Shown piece after piece: positions 39,010-52,199 of a DNA stretch of 64,000 nt (positions are counted from its first letter, which is position 1; every line of letters starts with the position of its first letter). The stretch comes from Cetorhinus maximus. Its lineage: Eukaryota. Where the stretch lies: the NCBI RefSeq assembly GCF_964194155.1, contig NC_135882.1:117986001-118050000 (forward strand), in the 5' to 3' direction. Made by a program: the position numbers and the translations under genes. The notes under the pieces are model-generated. The model was not told the origin of the DNA, did not search any database, and saw only the letters and a list, made by a program, of their open reading frames with translations.

Positions 39010-39900
39010 TGAAACATCACCAGCAACCTCCCATCTACAGAAGATGATGGACATGCAGCAGACAAGCCCATTTCAGATGGGGTGTGTTCATTATGTTGTA
39101 CCTTTGCTGATGGTTGAAGAGGACAATCCTTGAGAGGCAGGTTCTGCCACAAGTGCTGCATATGAGGATAAGAAGCTACCAAATGTCATTATAGGTTATT
39201 GTTTTTTGGCATTCGCTTCTGTTGCTAAGCCACTGTTCATGGTGGTGAACGCCAGCCCACAGGAGGTGTCGCCATTTTCCTCTCTCATCAGCTAGTGACT
39301 CCTAGGTGTGATGATCGATGTCTAGGGCTTCATGTCACACTTTCAAGTCCTTGAAGTGGAGCTTTGGGTGCCGTTGGTCATCTGGCTCCGGCTACCTCAT
39401 TGATAAAGCCCTGGAGTATGTGACCATCTTCTATCCTACGGATATACTCAGTTTGCTGAAACCGCCTCTGTTTGAGTACTAACAAAGTTAGGAGCTCTGT
39501 CTTTGAGAGGACCACCATATTCATGATTTTTGACCTGACAGGTTTTATCCATAAAGCACCACAGATGGCGAAGATGGAAATTGTTGAGCTTCTTTTCTTG
39601 ATAGCTGTAAGTCGTCCAAGTTTCACAGCCATACAGCAAGATACTGAGAACTCAGGCCATATAAACCGCGAACTTAGTCCTAAAGGTCACTTTGATGTTA
39701 TTCCATGCACATTTCATGAGACGGCCAAAGGTGGTAGTTGCTTTCCCTATACACGTATTAAGTTTTGCATCAAGGGACAGATTATCAGCATGGACACTTC
39801 CAGCGGAGTGTTATTTAGTGTGAGCAGGAGAGGAGATGCAAAACCTTGCCCCATGATCACAGTTTTCTTAACAATTATAGTCAGGGAAAACAAGTTACAG
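39010..39900 (-). mobile_element. RTE-type LINE 3' fragment
   Basis: LLYGCETWTTYS.QEKKLNNFHLRHL and IRRIEDGHI motifs. Confidence 0.75.
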
Positions 39901-40101
39901 ACATTGGTCTTGATAAAATATTGTATATTGCATAGTATTAACCATTACAGCCTCTGGCTTTTTGTGGGCAGTATCATGAAAGATTGCTAATAAAGTCATG
40001 AATGTAGAGTGAACCTCCCATACGTGTAACACTTATTTTCTTTTCTGTCACACTATTTCCATCATATTATAACATTTACCTCTTGTATTATACTTCCTGG
40101 A

Positions 40102-40275
40102 AGGGGTCAGTTAGTTCAGTCGGCTAGATGGCTAGAGTGTGGTGCAGAATAAAGGCAACAGCATAGGTTCAAACCCCATACCAACTGAGGTAGTTCTTTG
40201 GGGCCTGACTCTACGCCTTGTCGCATGTTGATATCATGACATGAGCCATGATTAGCAACCATCCGACAACGAGGA
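40102..40275 (+). mobile_element. tRNA-derived SINE
   Basis: A-box-like TAGTTCAGTCGG and B-box-like GGTTCAAACCC. Homologous to the copy at 31418. Confidence 0.6.
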
Positions 40276-40812
40276 TGCTACGTAGAGAGACAGAGAGATT
40301 TATATTTCTGATGATTTCCTCCAAGTTCAGGTTCTTTGTCTTTTGTGTCCTTGGGTGTCCCTCTTCCATGTTCCCTATCATTAACTTGTACAGGCCTTTT
40401 TACATTAAAGCATTCAAATATATCATTTCTCTTTCTTAAAATTAATGGTTGGAAAATTATTAGGTGACACAATTTCCTGATGTGCACACATGCAGAAGTG
40501 CAAAATGAAAGAATTTGCTGAGGTATGCAGTTTTTAATAAAGATTTCTATTAACATAAATTATTTATTAAAACTTATGTATGGTTTATTATAATTTCCAT
40601 ATAAAATAACAACATGCATTTATATTGCATATATCGTGCAGTAAAACATACCAAGGCATTTCACGTGAGTATTGTTGATTGTATATCAATTATGTTTCAT
40701 CACATGAAGGTGGTGGACATCAATTGGGGATTCACTTGAGCACTTTTAGGGGACACTTATTGAAACTGTGGTGGTGGTGAGTTAGGAAGTGTATGCTTGT
40801 AATGTATGCTCT

Positions 40813-40939
40813 GGGCAGGATTTTCCAGCCCCACCCACTGGCAGGACCTTCTAGTCCGGCTGAAGCCAATGGACTTTTGGCTGGCTCACCCCATCTTCCA
40901 CAGTGGGATCCGCTGTGCCGGGGCCGGAACATCCCGGCC
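40813..40939. mobile_element. 127-bp Harbinger-type MITE
   Basis: ~20-bp TIRs GGGCAGGATTTTCCAGCCCC / GGGGCCGGAACATCCCGGCC and a 3-bp TSD TCT. Same family as 61512-61636. Confidence 0.8.
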
Positions 40940-41029
40940 TCTGTAAATATATGTAACAATGAATAAAGATTGGCTCCAGTACTATCCTTCACTAACTAGA
41001 TTTATTAAATAGAATAGTTATGTTAAATA

Positions 41030-41430
41030 AATGGAGATATTAGGGTAGGTGACCAAAAACCTGGTCAAAGAGGTAGATATTAAAAATAGTCCTAAAGGAG
41101 ATTGGGGTCCAGACTGTTGAAGACAGTGGTGGATCAATGAATATCAGGGATGTGCAAGAGGAGTGCAGAGATCTCTGAGGGTTGTAAGGCTGGAGGAGGT
41201 ACAGAGATAGGGAGCAATGAGGCCATGGCAGGATTTGAAAGCAAGGTGAGAATTTTAAATTGAGGCATTGCCAGATAGCCATTGTAGGCCAGTGAACACA
41301 GTGGTGATGGATGAACAGGACTTGGTGCAAGTTAGGGTATGGGCAACAGTATTTTGGATGAGCTGCAGCTTATGTAGGATGCAAAGTGGGGGAGTGGCCA
41401 GGACAGCATTGAAATAGTCAAGTCTAGAGT
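41030..41430 (-). mobile_element. L2-type LINE 3' fragment
   Basis: Reverse complement of the L2 3' end seen at 12700-13890 (ctctttgacca..ttttggtcacct). Confidence 0.65.
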
Positions 41431-42574
41431 TTTCATTTATATAGGGAGAAAAAGTGAGGATGTGGAGGCGTCTCAGTCAGGAAGGGGTGAGTTGGGGAGG
41501 GGGTGGGGCAACAGGGTCAGAATATAGTTTTGGCCATGGCAGGCAAGCAGAGTGGTGACAATCACCTGTGGCCCACGTTCTTTTACTGTGGGGTCAGGGG
41601 GTATACTCCTGCTCCTGCCAGCTGTACATTCTGGTGTGTGTATTTTGAAAACTTACCTTGTTCGTTGCAGTTTCAGAACAACCTGTTAGGTCATATGGAA
41701 GCCTGGTTCTTCTGAGGTTAGGCTACCTTAGGGCAAACCAATCTTGCAGTTGTGGCCTCAGGAGTGTTAAGCCTCTTACTTGTATATGTATGCAATATTT
41801 CAGGTTTCATAAATGGTTAATTGAACACAAGAGTAACGGAGCGATGATAAATGTGTACAAATCACTGGTTAGGTCACAGTTGAAGTAATGTGAAGTTTTA
41901 GGTAGCCCTTCAGAGAAGGGACAGCAAAGTCATTGGCTACAATGTAAATTGACTGTGGGCTGATGTCAGGGATGGGGAATCTGTTAGGAGAAACCCGAGA
42001 TACTGGGATGATTTTGATTGGAGTAGAGCAGTTTTAATAAATATTAATATTCTGAAAAGTTTGATCATGAAGAGAGAAGGACCAATCACTATGCTAGTAG
42101 AGTCAGTGATGAGTGGTCATCAATTTAATATCAGAGAATTAGAAATGTATTGATGCAGAGGACTATAGGAGCATGGAGTGCTTCTCCACAGGGAATGATT
42201 GAGGTAGAGATCATTGACTCTTTGAAGCAGAGAAAGATTTGGGGCCATCAAGAAGAAGGGAGTGCAATGAGATTTGTTTTGGATTGGTCTGGCAGAGTTT
42301 GCATTGTGACAATGAGGGAAGCAAAGGAACTGACAGCCAACAACTACTCGTGAGAAACATAGTTGAATACTCGGGAGGAGGATTGTACCGTAATGCTCAA
42401 AGCCCATCTAATGAAATATTAAGATAGGCATTTAAAAGGAACGCAGTCGGCCCACCTGAAGTCACGGGAAGCTGCTTAAGTATGCAAATTGGGATCCTAT
42501 ATCCGTTGTAGAACACAATTACAAAATTCAAGCACAAATTACCTAATGCCTGTTTGTACTAAACTTGTGAAGGA

Positions 42575-44130
42575 TCATAGAATCGTATATTACAGAAGGA
42601 GGCCATTTGGGCCATCATGTCTGCACTGCTTCTTTCAAAGAATAATGCAGTTAGTCCCACTTCCCTGCTCTTTCCCCATATACCTGAATTTCTTTTTTCC
42701 TTTCAAGTGTTTATCCAAAGCTCTTTTGAAGGCTACTGCTATCTACCACCGCCTATCAGGCAATACTTTCCAACTCATAGCCATATGCTGTGTAAGTATG
42801 TTTTTCCTCATGTTGCCTCTTTTTTTTGACAATCACGTTAAGTCTGTTCCCTCCTATAGCCCTCTGGTTATCAACCCTTCAGCCACTGGAGACAGGTCAT
42901 CTTTATTTACTCTGTTTGAATCCTTCATGATTTTGAGCACCCCTCTCAAATCTCCTCTTAGCCTTGTCTGCTCTAAGGAGAACAACCCAAATCCTGTATT
43001 CTATCCATGTAACTCTAATTAATCATTCCTGGAACCATTCTAGTAAATCTCTTCTGTACTCTCTCCAAAGTCTTCATATCCTCTTAAAGTGTAGCCGAGC
43101 CATTTCTCTTTAAAGGCTGCTCATTGTTGAAGTATATTTCTGCCTGTCAGCCTTGGAACTCCAAATTTTCAAATGTATTCCCCTTCCTGAATTCACTCAA
43201 AGTCGCCAGCTTCCAGCTAAACAGTTTTAGTCTAGATTGCTCCTTGTCCTTTTCCATAACTAATCTAAACCATGTGATACTGTGATAATTGTTCCCAAGA
43301 TGCTTTCTCATTGTGACATTCCCAACTTAATCCATTTTATTCCCTGGGACTAGATCCAGCAATACTTACTTCCTTGTGGGGCAAGAAGCATGCTGATTTA
43401 AAAAATTCTCCTGAACACACTTGAGAAATTCTGCCACTTCTCTGCCCTTAAAATAATTACTGCTCCATTCAATATCAGAGTACTTAAAGTCCCTTTTTGT
43501 CTTACCCTATAGTTCATGCGTCTTTCAATAATTTCTTTGCAAATATGCTCCTTTATCATCTTTCCACTGTTTGGCTGCCTATAAAAGATATATAAGATCC
43601 TCTGATGTTTGTTAACTCTAATCAAATAGATTCTGCCTTTGACTCTCAAGAACATTCTCTTTCTAGCAGTGTCGTATGTTCCTTAATCAAACATGCTACC
43701 CTCCCTCTTTCTTTTGCCTTCTCTAACTTTCCTGAATACCTTGTACTCGGATGTTAAGCAACCAATCTTCCTCTTTTTTTTAAACCAGACCTCAGTTATT
43801 GCCTCTAGCATCATATTCTGCAGTTCACCAACCTTATTACCTTACTTTGCTCATTTACATACACACACCAAAAACCTAATTTAGATCTCTTTGTATTTTC
43901 TATGATCCCAACTAAATCTGTTTCATTTCTAATTTTATCTCTCCTAGTTTTCTGTGCATCTTGTTTCTTTTTAGTACTACAACTTGGCACCCAACTCCAT
44001 GTCAGATTAGGTTAAACCCACCTCCACAGCTCCAGTGATCTTGCTCACCAGAATATTGGTCCCAACGCTGTTCAAGCGCAACCCTTCCCTCTCGAACCTG
44101 TCCTTCCAGCCACAGAACTGATCTCAACTT
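42575..44130 (-). mobile_element. Old CR1 fragments (3' end plus endonuclease/ORF1 remnants)
   Basis: catagaat..gaaggaggccatttgg.ccatc 3' terminus, and similarity to the CR1 at 18620-19990. Confidence 0.65.
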
Positions 44131-45129
44131 ATTTTAAATAATTGTGGGCATAAGTGTCGTAGGAATGTCCTCCTATAACATCCAGTTCACTGCCAGCCAA
44201 TATGATGCTTCTGCCCTGGGATTGTTTTCCCCTCCCAGACCTAGCCTGCCAGTCAATTCAGCATAAAAAACAGCTAATATCCTGCCCTCCCAAAGCTAGC
44301 AAGCTGGAGCAAAGTGCCTGTTTGGGCGTCGTGCCAGCTACAACTAGGCAGACGAGTTGAATTTTTCAACCAGTTGGCCAGTGGCCCGCATCAGTCTCAT
44401 AAGCTTCTATGATTTGTTCTTTGCTTGAACAAAAAAATCATGGTTTCTCTGATCTCTCCTGTTAGCTAAAGATTATTTTTCCTTTTTTCATCCCAGTGTA
44501 TCTCTTCTGTACACTTTCTCTTAGTATACTTTCTGTGACGAGCTCTGAAATGTTGTCTAAATGGAGATTCATTTTAAGAAGAATGGTACGTTAACTTCCG
44601 GAAATTTGATTTTGAACTTTTAATAGTGTCAGAATACCTGTTACCAAGTGGGTGAGCACATTCATGAGGTATAAGGGGAGAGGAGCATGAGGCTTAAAAA
44701 AAAAAGAATTGTGAATCAACCTGAGGAGAAAAATCTATAGTGATCAATGGATTTGGATGAAGTCTTAATGAAGCCTTAATGCATGTCATGACTACGTGAG
44801 GAGGGGTAAAAATTGACTCCTCTAATTTACTTGGCTGTAACAGGGTTTTGTTGTGAATTTAATAAGGATGTGCTTTGCCCATACTGCAGGAGTCCCACTA
44901 TGCATGTTTTCAGATATAAAGATTTAATCAGACAGGGTTTCTGAGTTTAACTCAAAGAACAAGATAAGTTTATTGAAGCTACTTCCCGAATTAAAAAAAT
45001 CTAGATAAATCGCAACCATCATTCATACGCACACACAATAGTACAGATGATAGAATAAGAAGAGAGATATTCTATTGTTTGTGAAGAAGATTAACATTCA
45101 AAGGAATATATGGTTAATTGCCTTTTGTT

Positions 45130-46732
45130 AACTGTTAGCCTAACATTAGTCGTAGGGAAAATGCTAGAGTCTGTAATAAAGAATGTGATAACAGGACACT
45201 GAGAAAATGATGGTAGGACTGGGCAGAGACAACATGAATCTATGAAAGGGGAATCAAACCTGTTTAACAAACCTGTTGGAGTTTTTTTTGAGTATGTAAC
45301 TAGCAGAATTGATAAGGGGGAACCAGTGGGTGGAGTATATTTAGATTTTCAGAAAGCTTTTGATAAGGTCCCATACAAGGGGTTAGTAAACAAAATTATA
45401 CCACATGGGATTGAGGGGAATATACTGGCATGGATTGAGAGTTGGTTAAAGGACAGAAAACAGAGAGTAGAATAAATGATAAAAACAAAAAGCTAAAAGC
45501 TACTGCGGATGCTGGAAATCCAAAACAAAAACAGAATTACCTGGAAAAACTCAACAGGTCTGGCAGCATCGGTGGAGAAGAAATCAGTTAACGTTTCGAG
45601 TCTTCATGACCCTTCGGCATAACTGAGTATAGTTAGGAGAAAGGTGAAATATAAACTGGTCTAAGGTGGGGGGGCGGGGGGAGAGAGAAGTTGAGGGTGT
45701 GGTGATTGTGGAGATAAGCAAGCAGTGATAGGAGCAGATAATCAAAAGATGTCACAGACAAAATGATCAAAGAGGTGTTGAAGGTGGTGATATTGTCTAA
45801 GAAAAGTGCTAATTAAGAATGGAAGACAGGATACTCAAGGTACAGCTCTAGTGGGGGTGGGGTGGAAAGACTAACAAAGTTTTAGTTTTAGATTTAAAAA
45901 TAATGGAAATAGGTGGGAAAAGAAGAATCTATATAAATTATTGAAAAAAAAAGGGTGGGGATGGGGGGAGGGGGAGTTTAAGATCTAAAGTTGTTGAATT
46001 CAATATTCAGCCCGGAAGGCTGTAAAGTGCCTAGTCGGAAGATGAGGTGCTGTTCCTCCAGTTTGCGTTGGGCTTCACTGGAACGATGCAGCAAGCCAAG
46101 GACAGACATGTGGGCAAGAGAACAGGATGGAGTGTTAAAATAGCAAGCGACAGGGAGGTTTGGGTCTTTCTTGCGGACAGACCGCAGGTGTTCTGCAAAG
46201 CGGTCGCCCAGTTTGCGTTTGGTCTCTCCAATGTAGAGGAGACCGCATTGGGAGCAACGAATGCAGTAGACTAAGTTAGGGGAAATGCAAGTGAAATGCT
46301 GCTTCGCTTGAAAGGAGTGTTTGGGCCCTTGGACGGTGAGGAGAGAGGAAGTGAAGGGGCAGGTGTTGCATCTTCTGCGTGGGCATGGGGAGGTGCCATA
46401 GGTGGGGGTTGAGGAGTAGGGGGTGATGGAGGAGTGGACCAGGGTGTCCCGGAGGGAACGATCCCTACGGAATGCCGTCAGGGGGGGTGAAGGGAAGATG
46501 TGTTTGGTGTTTGGTAGAATAAATGGGTCATTTTCAGGTTGGCAGGCTGTGACTAGTGGGGTACTGCAAGGATCAGTGCTTGGGCTCCAGCTATTCATAA
46601 TCTATATTAATGAATTGGATGTGGGGATTAAATGTAATATTTCCAATCTTGCTGATGACACAAACCTGGGTGGAAGTGTGAGTTGTGAGGAAGATGCATA
46701 GACATTTCAGGAGGGTTTGGAGAGTCTAAGCA
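45130..46732 (+). mobile_element. CR1 RT fragment interrupted by a Penelope insertion
   Basis: YLDFQKAFDKVP..WIESWLKDRKQRV | RINGSFSGWQAVTSGVLQGSVLG..LADDT is continuous across the insertion. Confidence 0.88.
45479..46513 (-). mobile_element. 5'-truncated Penelope-like element: open GIY-YIG endonuclease frame and 3' repeat with hammerhead-like motif
   Basis: CPRRRCNTCP...NLVYCIRCSQCGLLYIGETKRKLGDRFAEH...EEQHLIFRLGTLQPSGLNIEF. 12-bp TSD GTAGAATAAATG (45467-45478, 46514-46525). Confidence 0.93.
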
Positions 46733-46749
46733 AGTTTTCCTTCCCTTTC

Positions 46750-49700
46750 TTTCCACACCCCCCACATGCTCTCTCCAAGCTTCTCTTGTCCATGAGATCC
46801 ACCTTCTGCTCCCTTGACTCTATTCAAACTACACTGTTATCTAACTGAGATCCACGAATGGCCTGCATTCCAGCTGAAACTGTAAATGCTACCCTATCTC
46901 CAGGCACTGTATCCCTCTTTCAAATCTGCTCCTTTACCAAAACTCTACCAGTAACTCCCCTGTCTTTCCAAACTACCATCCCTGCTCCAAAGTCCCATTC
47001 CTGTGGATTGTCTCCCATCATGTGAACAAATCTTCCTCAAGTCCCTGTTTAAGTTAAGCCAATCAAATGTTTGCCACAATCATATCATTGAAACTGCCCC
47101 AAACAATGTCAGAAGTGACATTATTTGTAATCACAGTGCATTATCCCTCATCAGCTTCATTGCAGCCTTTTGTGCAATCAGTCATATGATCCTTGTACAA
47201 TTCTGCTCCTCTGTAGTCCAGTTCAGAAGGACTACTTTCATTTAGTTTCTTCTCGCTGATCATTGCCAAAGCGTCTCTGCCAATGGCTTTTGAACTGAAC
47301 TCTGTACTGTCAAGTTTGGAGTCTTCCAAAGATCCACCTAGACCTCCACCCCTGCCGCCACCAGCCTATCTCACACAATTGTGATAGCTTGTGTATTGCC
47401 ATTCATGCACTCATCCACCCCACTTAAAACTAGGTGATCGTTTGGGAAAGGCAAAACAAACATTTAAAAACCTGTCTAATTTGGGGGAGGGGAATCTCGG
47501 AAATTTCTCCCTGACCTCCTACCATCCCATGTAATTAAAACTAACCCACGAGATCACTCTGCCCTTTGTAATTGTATGCCTTGGCTATCTTTTGTAAGAG
47601 GTGATTTCCGCACCAGTCAGAAACAGGTACAGGCCTTACTTGAAGGAATACAACGAGTTGTGTGAGCTACCAACCTGCTCCAGCTGTCCACTGTTTTCGG
47701 TGAAAAGAACCACATCGTGACGTTTAAGCTAGATCTAGCCTTATACAACTTAAAATTATGACCCTCTTATACCCTAAACTATTTCCTTGGAACAAACTGT
47801 CAACTCAAACACAATCTGTTCCTTTCATCATCTTGCAAGCCTCAATCAGATCATCTCTGGTTTACACTTTTCTGAAGTGTAGGGTCCCATTTATTTCAGA
47901 CTATCTTGAGAAAATGAGATGGGGGAGATTGGAATTTTAACTGAAAAAATGGATGGATTTGGGTTGCAGGAGAGGGAGAACTGGATGGTCAAAGTCATAA
48001 AAGTCTGCTTACTGACCCAAATCTGCTTCCAACCTGCCTGTTTTCAGCTTTAACTAAAGAAGGTGGGTTTCAATTTTAAATCTGATGATGAGGCTATGAA
48101 CCCAATTTCAAGCAGCTTTTCACATTTAACTGCTGCCTGTCAGGTTTCCCGCCTCAAGGCGAGGATTTGGCAGATTCAGGCGGTAAATCCCTTCCCACAC
48201 CCCCTTTATTCAGGTACCTTCCTGAGGAGGGTTCCTTGAATGGTTGAGCATCTGGATGGGAAACTGGTCACTAACATCAGTAACACACCAGGGAGTTAAA
48301 ACTCCAGACTGTGGGGGGGAATCCCAAATGATGGATTTTGCCTCCCCTACCTCCAACTTTCTGACTCACCTGTTTCCTGCAGGCCAAGTCAGTGAAAATT
48401 CTGTGCATGGGGTTAGCTTTCACCTGTATGCAGATGACTGATGTCACCCAGCACGAATCCTCCACTGATTCTGTGCTGGCAGGCTACTTGTCTGGCATCC
48501 GTTCTTGGATGAGCTGCAGTTTTCTGCAGCTAAACATTTGGAAGACTGAAGCCATTAGTTTTGCTTCCTTGGATAAACTCAGCACCTTTGGCATTGTTTC
48601 TATTTCTCTCCCTTTCTTCTATCTCCATTCAAATCAGACGTTTTGGCAATTGCACCATTCTATTCACTCACCTGCTGCCCATCACAGGGATGTGCACTTT
48701 GTAACATCTTTCGCCTTCATCTCTACTGCAGCCCATCTGCTGCTGAAACTCTCATCCATACATTTATCTCTAGGTTTGACTATTTCAAATACTGCCCTTA
48801 TAAGCCTTTACTTCTCCCCCTCTGTGAACTTCATCCTATCCAGAACTCTGCTGCCCATACCTTGTTCTGCTCACCTGTTGCCATTTGCCTTGCTGACCAA
48901 CATTGGTTCCCAGCACCCCCCCAATGTTTGAAATGTAAAATTATCCTTGTGTTTAAATCTTCCTAGCACTTCAATTTCTCCATTTCTGTAACATCCTCCA
49001 CCACTGCAACCCACTCTGCCCTGCTGGACCCCCTCCTGCACCCCACTGCCCTCAGCCCAAGAATTCTCTATTCCTCTCATTTTAACCTCTTGTAAGTCCT
49101 GCCTTCCTTTCCCTTGCCTGTGATGGCTGTGCATCTAGCAAGACCTACCTAGGTCTTATGCTCAGCAATTCCCTCCTAAATCCCTCAATCTTGCCACCAC
49201 CTTAAAGTCCCCCCTTAAAACCCACCTTATAGACCAAGCATTTAGTTACCTCTTCTCTTATCCTCTGAAGTGCCTTGTGATATTTTTCTGTTAAAAGTGC
49301 TGCATAAAAGTAAGTTAATGTATTGTTAAAGTTGCCTGATGAAACTGCTCACTATTCTAGAATCATCCTGGAAGGAAAGATAATCCCCAGCTTCTTTTCT
49401 GCACTGCAAATGGTCTCCTTACACCCTTCTCTCTGACTCCTTCACCCTCTAATAATTGGTGCGAGAAGTTCATGGATTTCTTAGTCACTGAGATCAAGAC
49501 CATCCAATCAGTTGCCTCTGCCGCTTCATCACCTTCCACAAGCCCACCAGACTAAACTTGCTCTAAAGTTCCCCCGCCCTAGTTCAAACTATCTCCCCTC
49601 ATGCTCTTTCCCAGCTCATCTTGTCCATGAGACTCACTTCCTGCTCCTGCAACCCTGTTCCCAGGAAATTGCTGACCACCCAATTTCCCTTCCTGGTCCC

Positions 49701-50698
49701 CATGTTAGTTGATATTGTAAATGGCTCTCCCTCTTCAGTGCTGACCCTCTTTCCTTTAAATCTGCTATCATCCACCCTCTCCACAGAAAGACAACTCTTG
49801 ACCCCGCCTTCCTTGCAAACTGCCATCCCCATCTCCAAACTCCCTTTTCCTCTTCAAAATTCTTGAACATGTTACACCAAATCCATCTCATTTTACCTGG
49901 AACTCTACGTTTGAACTCCTCCAATCAGGTTTCCGCCCATGTCACAGCACCGGCAAAACTCTTATCAAAGCCACAAATAACATCCTATGTCACTGTGACA
50001 AAGGTAAACTATCCCTCCTCATCCTTTTTGACCTGGCTGCAAATTTCAAAGTGGTTGACCACACCATTCTCCTCTAACACCCCTTCAATGTCATCCAGCT
50101 GGGTGGGACTGCTCTCACCTGATTCCATTCTTTGCTATCTAATCACAGCCAGGCAATCACTTGCAAAGGCTTCTCTCCTGCTTCCTCATCATTACCTTTG
50201 GTATTGCCCCTGGGATCTATCCTTTGTTCAGTCTTATTTTTCATCCAGCTCTACCTCATCACTTCTCTCGACCCTGCCACTGTTGCTAAATTATCAGACT
50301 GCTTATTTGACATCCAGTACTAGATGTGCTGAAATTTACTTCAATTAAATATTGGGAAGACTGAAGCAATTGTTTTCATTCCAAGCTCCTTTCCCTAACC
50401 CCCGACTCCATCCCTCTTCCTGGCAACAGCTTGAAATTAAACCTCACTGCTGGCAACCTTGGTGTCATTTTTGACCCCGAGATGAGCTTCCAACCACATA
50501 TCCACTCCACCACTAAGACAGCCTGTTTCCACCACAGTAACTTTGTCCCTGCTCATCTCATTCATGAGACCCTCATTCATGCCTTTGTAACCTCCAGTTT
50601 GACTATTACAATGCATTCCTGGCTGGCCTCCCACAGGTAACTGTCCATAAACTTGAGGTCATCACAACTCTGCTAGCCATGTTCTTATTCGGACCAAG
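46750..50698 (+). mobile_element. Cluster of degenerate L2-type LINE fragments (~46750-47345, 48405-49320, 49360-50698) with other old repeats between
   Basis: HGVSFHLYADD, QLNI.KTEAI, NLGVIFDPEMSF.PHI, ETLIHAFVTS.LD motifs. Confidence 0.7.
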
Positions 50699-52031
50699 TG
50701 TAATGAGCAATTGTAAGATTGTTGTTTGCAAAGTAGAAAGCAGCAAGCTGCTGTTGTGACTGAAATTTTTTTGTGGAAGGCCTGGATCCAAGCTGTCAAT
50801 TCTAGGGCATCCAAAATCTAGTGGGAATCATTCAGTTAGCCCACCCACTGGGTTGGCTAGTTGAAGCTGGATCATAGCAGGAGTCCTCTGACATAATGCT
50901 TCTGTCCCCCCAGACAGGAACATGTGGAATCTCTCTTTGTACAGACCATTGTGTTTTGCAAGGACAGAAGGCCAGGCTGCCTAGGTAGCAGCCTGCCAAA
51001 GGTCACAACAAGCATTCTGCTACCTCAAAATAAGGGCCATTTCGGTCCCAAGATGATAAGTTTACAGCTAGTTTCTCTCTTGACATCAGCCCTTAGGTCG
51101 CCTCAGGGCAATAGGAGGTCATAAACACCCTAACTAAAATTCCAGATAACTCCTGTTGGTTTTTATTGGAACCAGTAAGAAAAAATTACAATGATTAATT
51201 AATACATGTCAATTGATGATCCATGCAAATATTTTTGTCATGAAGATGCATGTTTTGCCCTGTTTTAAAGTGTTTGTAATAATGTTTTGCTGGTCTTCAT
51301 TTTTTCTTGCTCTGTCATCAAGTGCACAAAAAGGTATCCAAATGTCATTTGCTGTGACTTATTTTCAATATTAGCTGCTTTCATGGCTGTGGAGGGCTCT
51401 ATTTGAATGATTATTAAACTACTTGGTGGTAGAGAATAGCACAATTTTGTTCACTGTTAGTATTGTTGTTCTAGATCATGTATAACAAGATAGAGTAGAA
51501 TTAAGCTGCTTCTAGTCTGCACTAGCAAAGAGCCTCAGGCCACAATTCCAGCAGCATGTATGTTCCCCCTGGCTCCCACTATAATAAGATAGCAATTTCA
51601 GCTTTCCCTGTCACCATTTTATAACCTTCTGCATGAGGCTACCAATTTCAGTGACAGTTTGTGATGAATTATGTTTGTCACAATATGTTAGTTGATATCT
51701 TACGAACAATGGAATCTATTCAGGTATGTAATTAATAGTTGCAAAACAAATGTATACTCTGAGAGGGTAATGCTTCTGGAATGGTGCTACTAAAAGTTAT
51801 TGGAGAATCAGTGTCCATTAATGCATTTAAAGGGGAATTAGATAAGGGGAAGTAGATAGCCACTTGAACAAGAGGGACTTAAAAGTTAGTTTAATTCCAA
51901 CCTATCACTCACTTCTAATAAATGGCTTGTGGAAAAAAAATGCTTGCAGAAACATGATAGGCCAGATGGCCTGTTAACCTTTTATGACTCTATATGCTAA
52001 TTTTTTTTGTTTCTTACCTCTTGCGTTGCAG

Positions 52032-52199
52032 GCTTTTTACACCTTCATGGTATTGGTCACAAGTTAAGTCTTGTAGATCTTCACAGTAATTGCATTAGTA
52101 ACTTCAATCATCTGCTGCAGTGCATGGTGGGCCTGAGCTTCTTAACGGATCTTATTCTGGTAAAAGATGGAAGAGACAACCCAGTATGTCAAACTCCAG
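52032..52199 (+). CDS. LRRCC1: LRRCC1 internal exon (168 nt, LRR and LRR cap)
   Basis: ttgcAG acceptor, GTATGA donor, phase 1-1: (G)FLHLHGIGHKLSLVDLHSNCISNFNHLLQCMVGLSFLTDLILVKDGRDNPVCQTP(G). HLLQCMVGL..DNPVC is characteristic of LRRCC1. Confidence 0.93.
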
